From Squalus acanthias (taxonomy: Eukaryota), in assembly GCA_030390025.1 (NCBI GenBank), contig CM059431.1, forward strand, positions 114,392,001 to 114,456,000: 64,000 bases of DNA, given 5' to 3'. The notes under the pieces were generated by a model. The model searched no databases, was not told the origin of the DNA, and worked only from the letters and a program-made list of their open reading frames with translations. Below, in pieces: positions 62,369 through 64,000 of the stretch. Position numbers and translations under genes: made by a program. Position 1 is the first letter of the stretch; every line of letters begins with the position of its first letter.

Positions 62369-62880
62369 GGGGAATTAACCCTATCCTGCCTGGCAGAAAC
62401 AGGGCAGGTAAGCAGTTAAAATCTCATAGGTGACTTACCCATCGTTTTCCCACCGGGGAAAGAATCCTGATTTTAACCTGCTCTCTGAGCAGGTGACAGC
62501 CTGAAGCCGGCACGGTCATTCTTTAATTAGTCAGATCCGAGTCTGATGACGTTGTCAGGCCTGAAGTTTTCCCGCCAGGCTGAAGCAGGTCAGAAGAGGA
62601 TCGAGACGTGAAAGTAAGTATTTTTACTTTATGATGTGGAGGCCAGGGGGAGCAGGAATGCTCCTCCGGGCCACACAAGGAAAGATTAGGCCTCTCCTAC
62701 CCCGGACTGCCACTCTTTCCCTCCCGCGAGACCCTACCATAACTCCCTTCGCCACACTTACCTGAGTGCTGGCGGGCGGCCATGACGGCCCGAGTTTTCA
62801 AATTGTGATGGCATCATGCTACCGCCAGGCTGGCCTGAATCAAACAGACTTCCGCGGTACCGGAAACCCTCTGGGAGTCA
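62369..62880. mobile_element. Harbinger-type MITE remnant
   Basis: GGGGAATTAAC start; AGGAATGCTCCTCCGGGCCACACAAG motif shared with 13430-13460. Confidence 0.5.
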
Positions 62881-64000
62881 TAATCAACCCTCCTGTGATT
62901 TACCCTTTTACAGTGTTATGTCCCCTCTCCTCAGTTTAAAAGGCTTGGTAGAAGGCAATGCCAAACCAACTTATGCCATCAATCTTCACACGATTCTAAG
63001 AGAGAAACAGATTGAATTTTTTGTTTCTACTAATATTTATTGAAAAGGTTCGCTGTCATTTGTCAGTGATCTGTTCATCTGTAAATCAACTTAGCAGCAC
63101 AATAAATTGGGATGTTTGGCACAATGTAGTGCTACTGAAGAGGAGAGAGTGAGAAAACTTAGGCTGCTCCAGTCCTGTGTAGAATGCTTTATAACTGCAG
63201 CCTGAGTTTAATTGTTAGCGTGTGCAATCCACGTCTCCTCCCCACCCCCCACAACCATACACAAGGCCTGGCATGTGACTTTTTAATGAGAGGTGCTGAT
63301 GTGAAATGACCCTTACCTTCCTAAACACACAGCAATCTAATTTGGTCCAGTATACCAATTACAGGCCTCGGTGGAGCACTTTGCTGTGAAACAATCAAGT
63401 CACAATAGGATTAGGACATGTCGCAGTGCATCCAAAGGGAAAGACAATTGCAGGCATAAGTGCTGATTTATGCTTTTAGAGAGTCTGTAAAGAACAGCTA
63501 TATAATCCACACTCCTGCAGCGTTGCCTCCATAAAACCTTTATTTTTATCCCAGTGCACAGGTCTTCAGTGTTCTTCATAGACTATTCGTTTGTTGTGTG
63601 TCACACAATTGCGTTATATTCTTAGTTTAGCTAGTCTGGGTAATGCTACAATAAAGCGTTGGAGGAGACAGTGATGAATTGTGACTCTATTCCCTTCCTG
63701 ACCGTAGACCCTGAAAATTATACATGCAATTAAAAGACAAAATGCTGATATTACTCATAGGAAGCTCTTACGCATCGGTAAGGGGCACCAGTCTGCTGAC
63801 ACTTTGCAACAGAGATAGCCAGCCGGGTGGTAGATTAATTGAGCATTGTAAATTTTCAGACTCAACAGATAGGGGCAGGGTAAACATGCTGTGGCAGAGA
63901 TAAATCTAAGCTATGGCCACACTGGGAGGATGTTAGGGCCCCTCTAATGTTTTAGATACTTTAGATGTGGTCAGTACATGTCTGGCTCAAAGCACTCTCT

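Noticed and set aside
1..64000. CRISPR arrays, operons or prokaryotic defence systems
   Set aside because: No regularly spaced repeat-spacer arrays or dense genes; content is vertebrate retro- and DNA-transposon sequence.

Overview
Repeat-dense, apparently intergenic or intronic vertebrate DNA. The repeat mix suggests a cartilaginous fish (shark), though this is inference: tRNA-headed Deu-domain SINEs with L2 tails, CR1 and L2 LINEs, LF-SINE-like relics, Penelope-like elements and GC-rich PIF/Harbinger MITEs. I recognise no host protein-coding exon. Nearly all ORFs in the track are transposon fragments or spurious; the only long clean one is a CR1 reverse transcriptase ORF (44354-45889). The most notable signal is a set of small TSD-flanked, Penelope-derived fold-back elements carrying minimal hammerhead ribozyme (HHR) motifs. 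One is a 219-bp near-perfect palindrome with an HHR on each strand (35662-35880). Two insertion junctions fall at the predicted ribozyme cleavage site. Also seen: insertions nested up to four deep, Harbinger MITEs sharing an inverted-repeat/GCGCATGCGC module, and a few TE-free stretches that may be conserved non-coding elements. Boundaries of old, degraded repeats are approximate; family names come from recognised motifs, not database searches.
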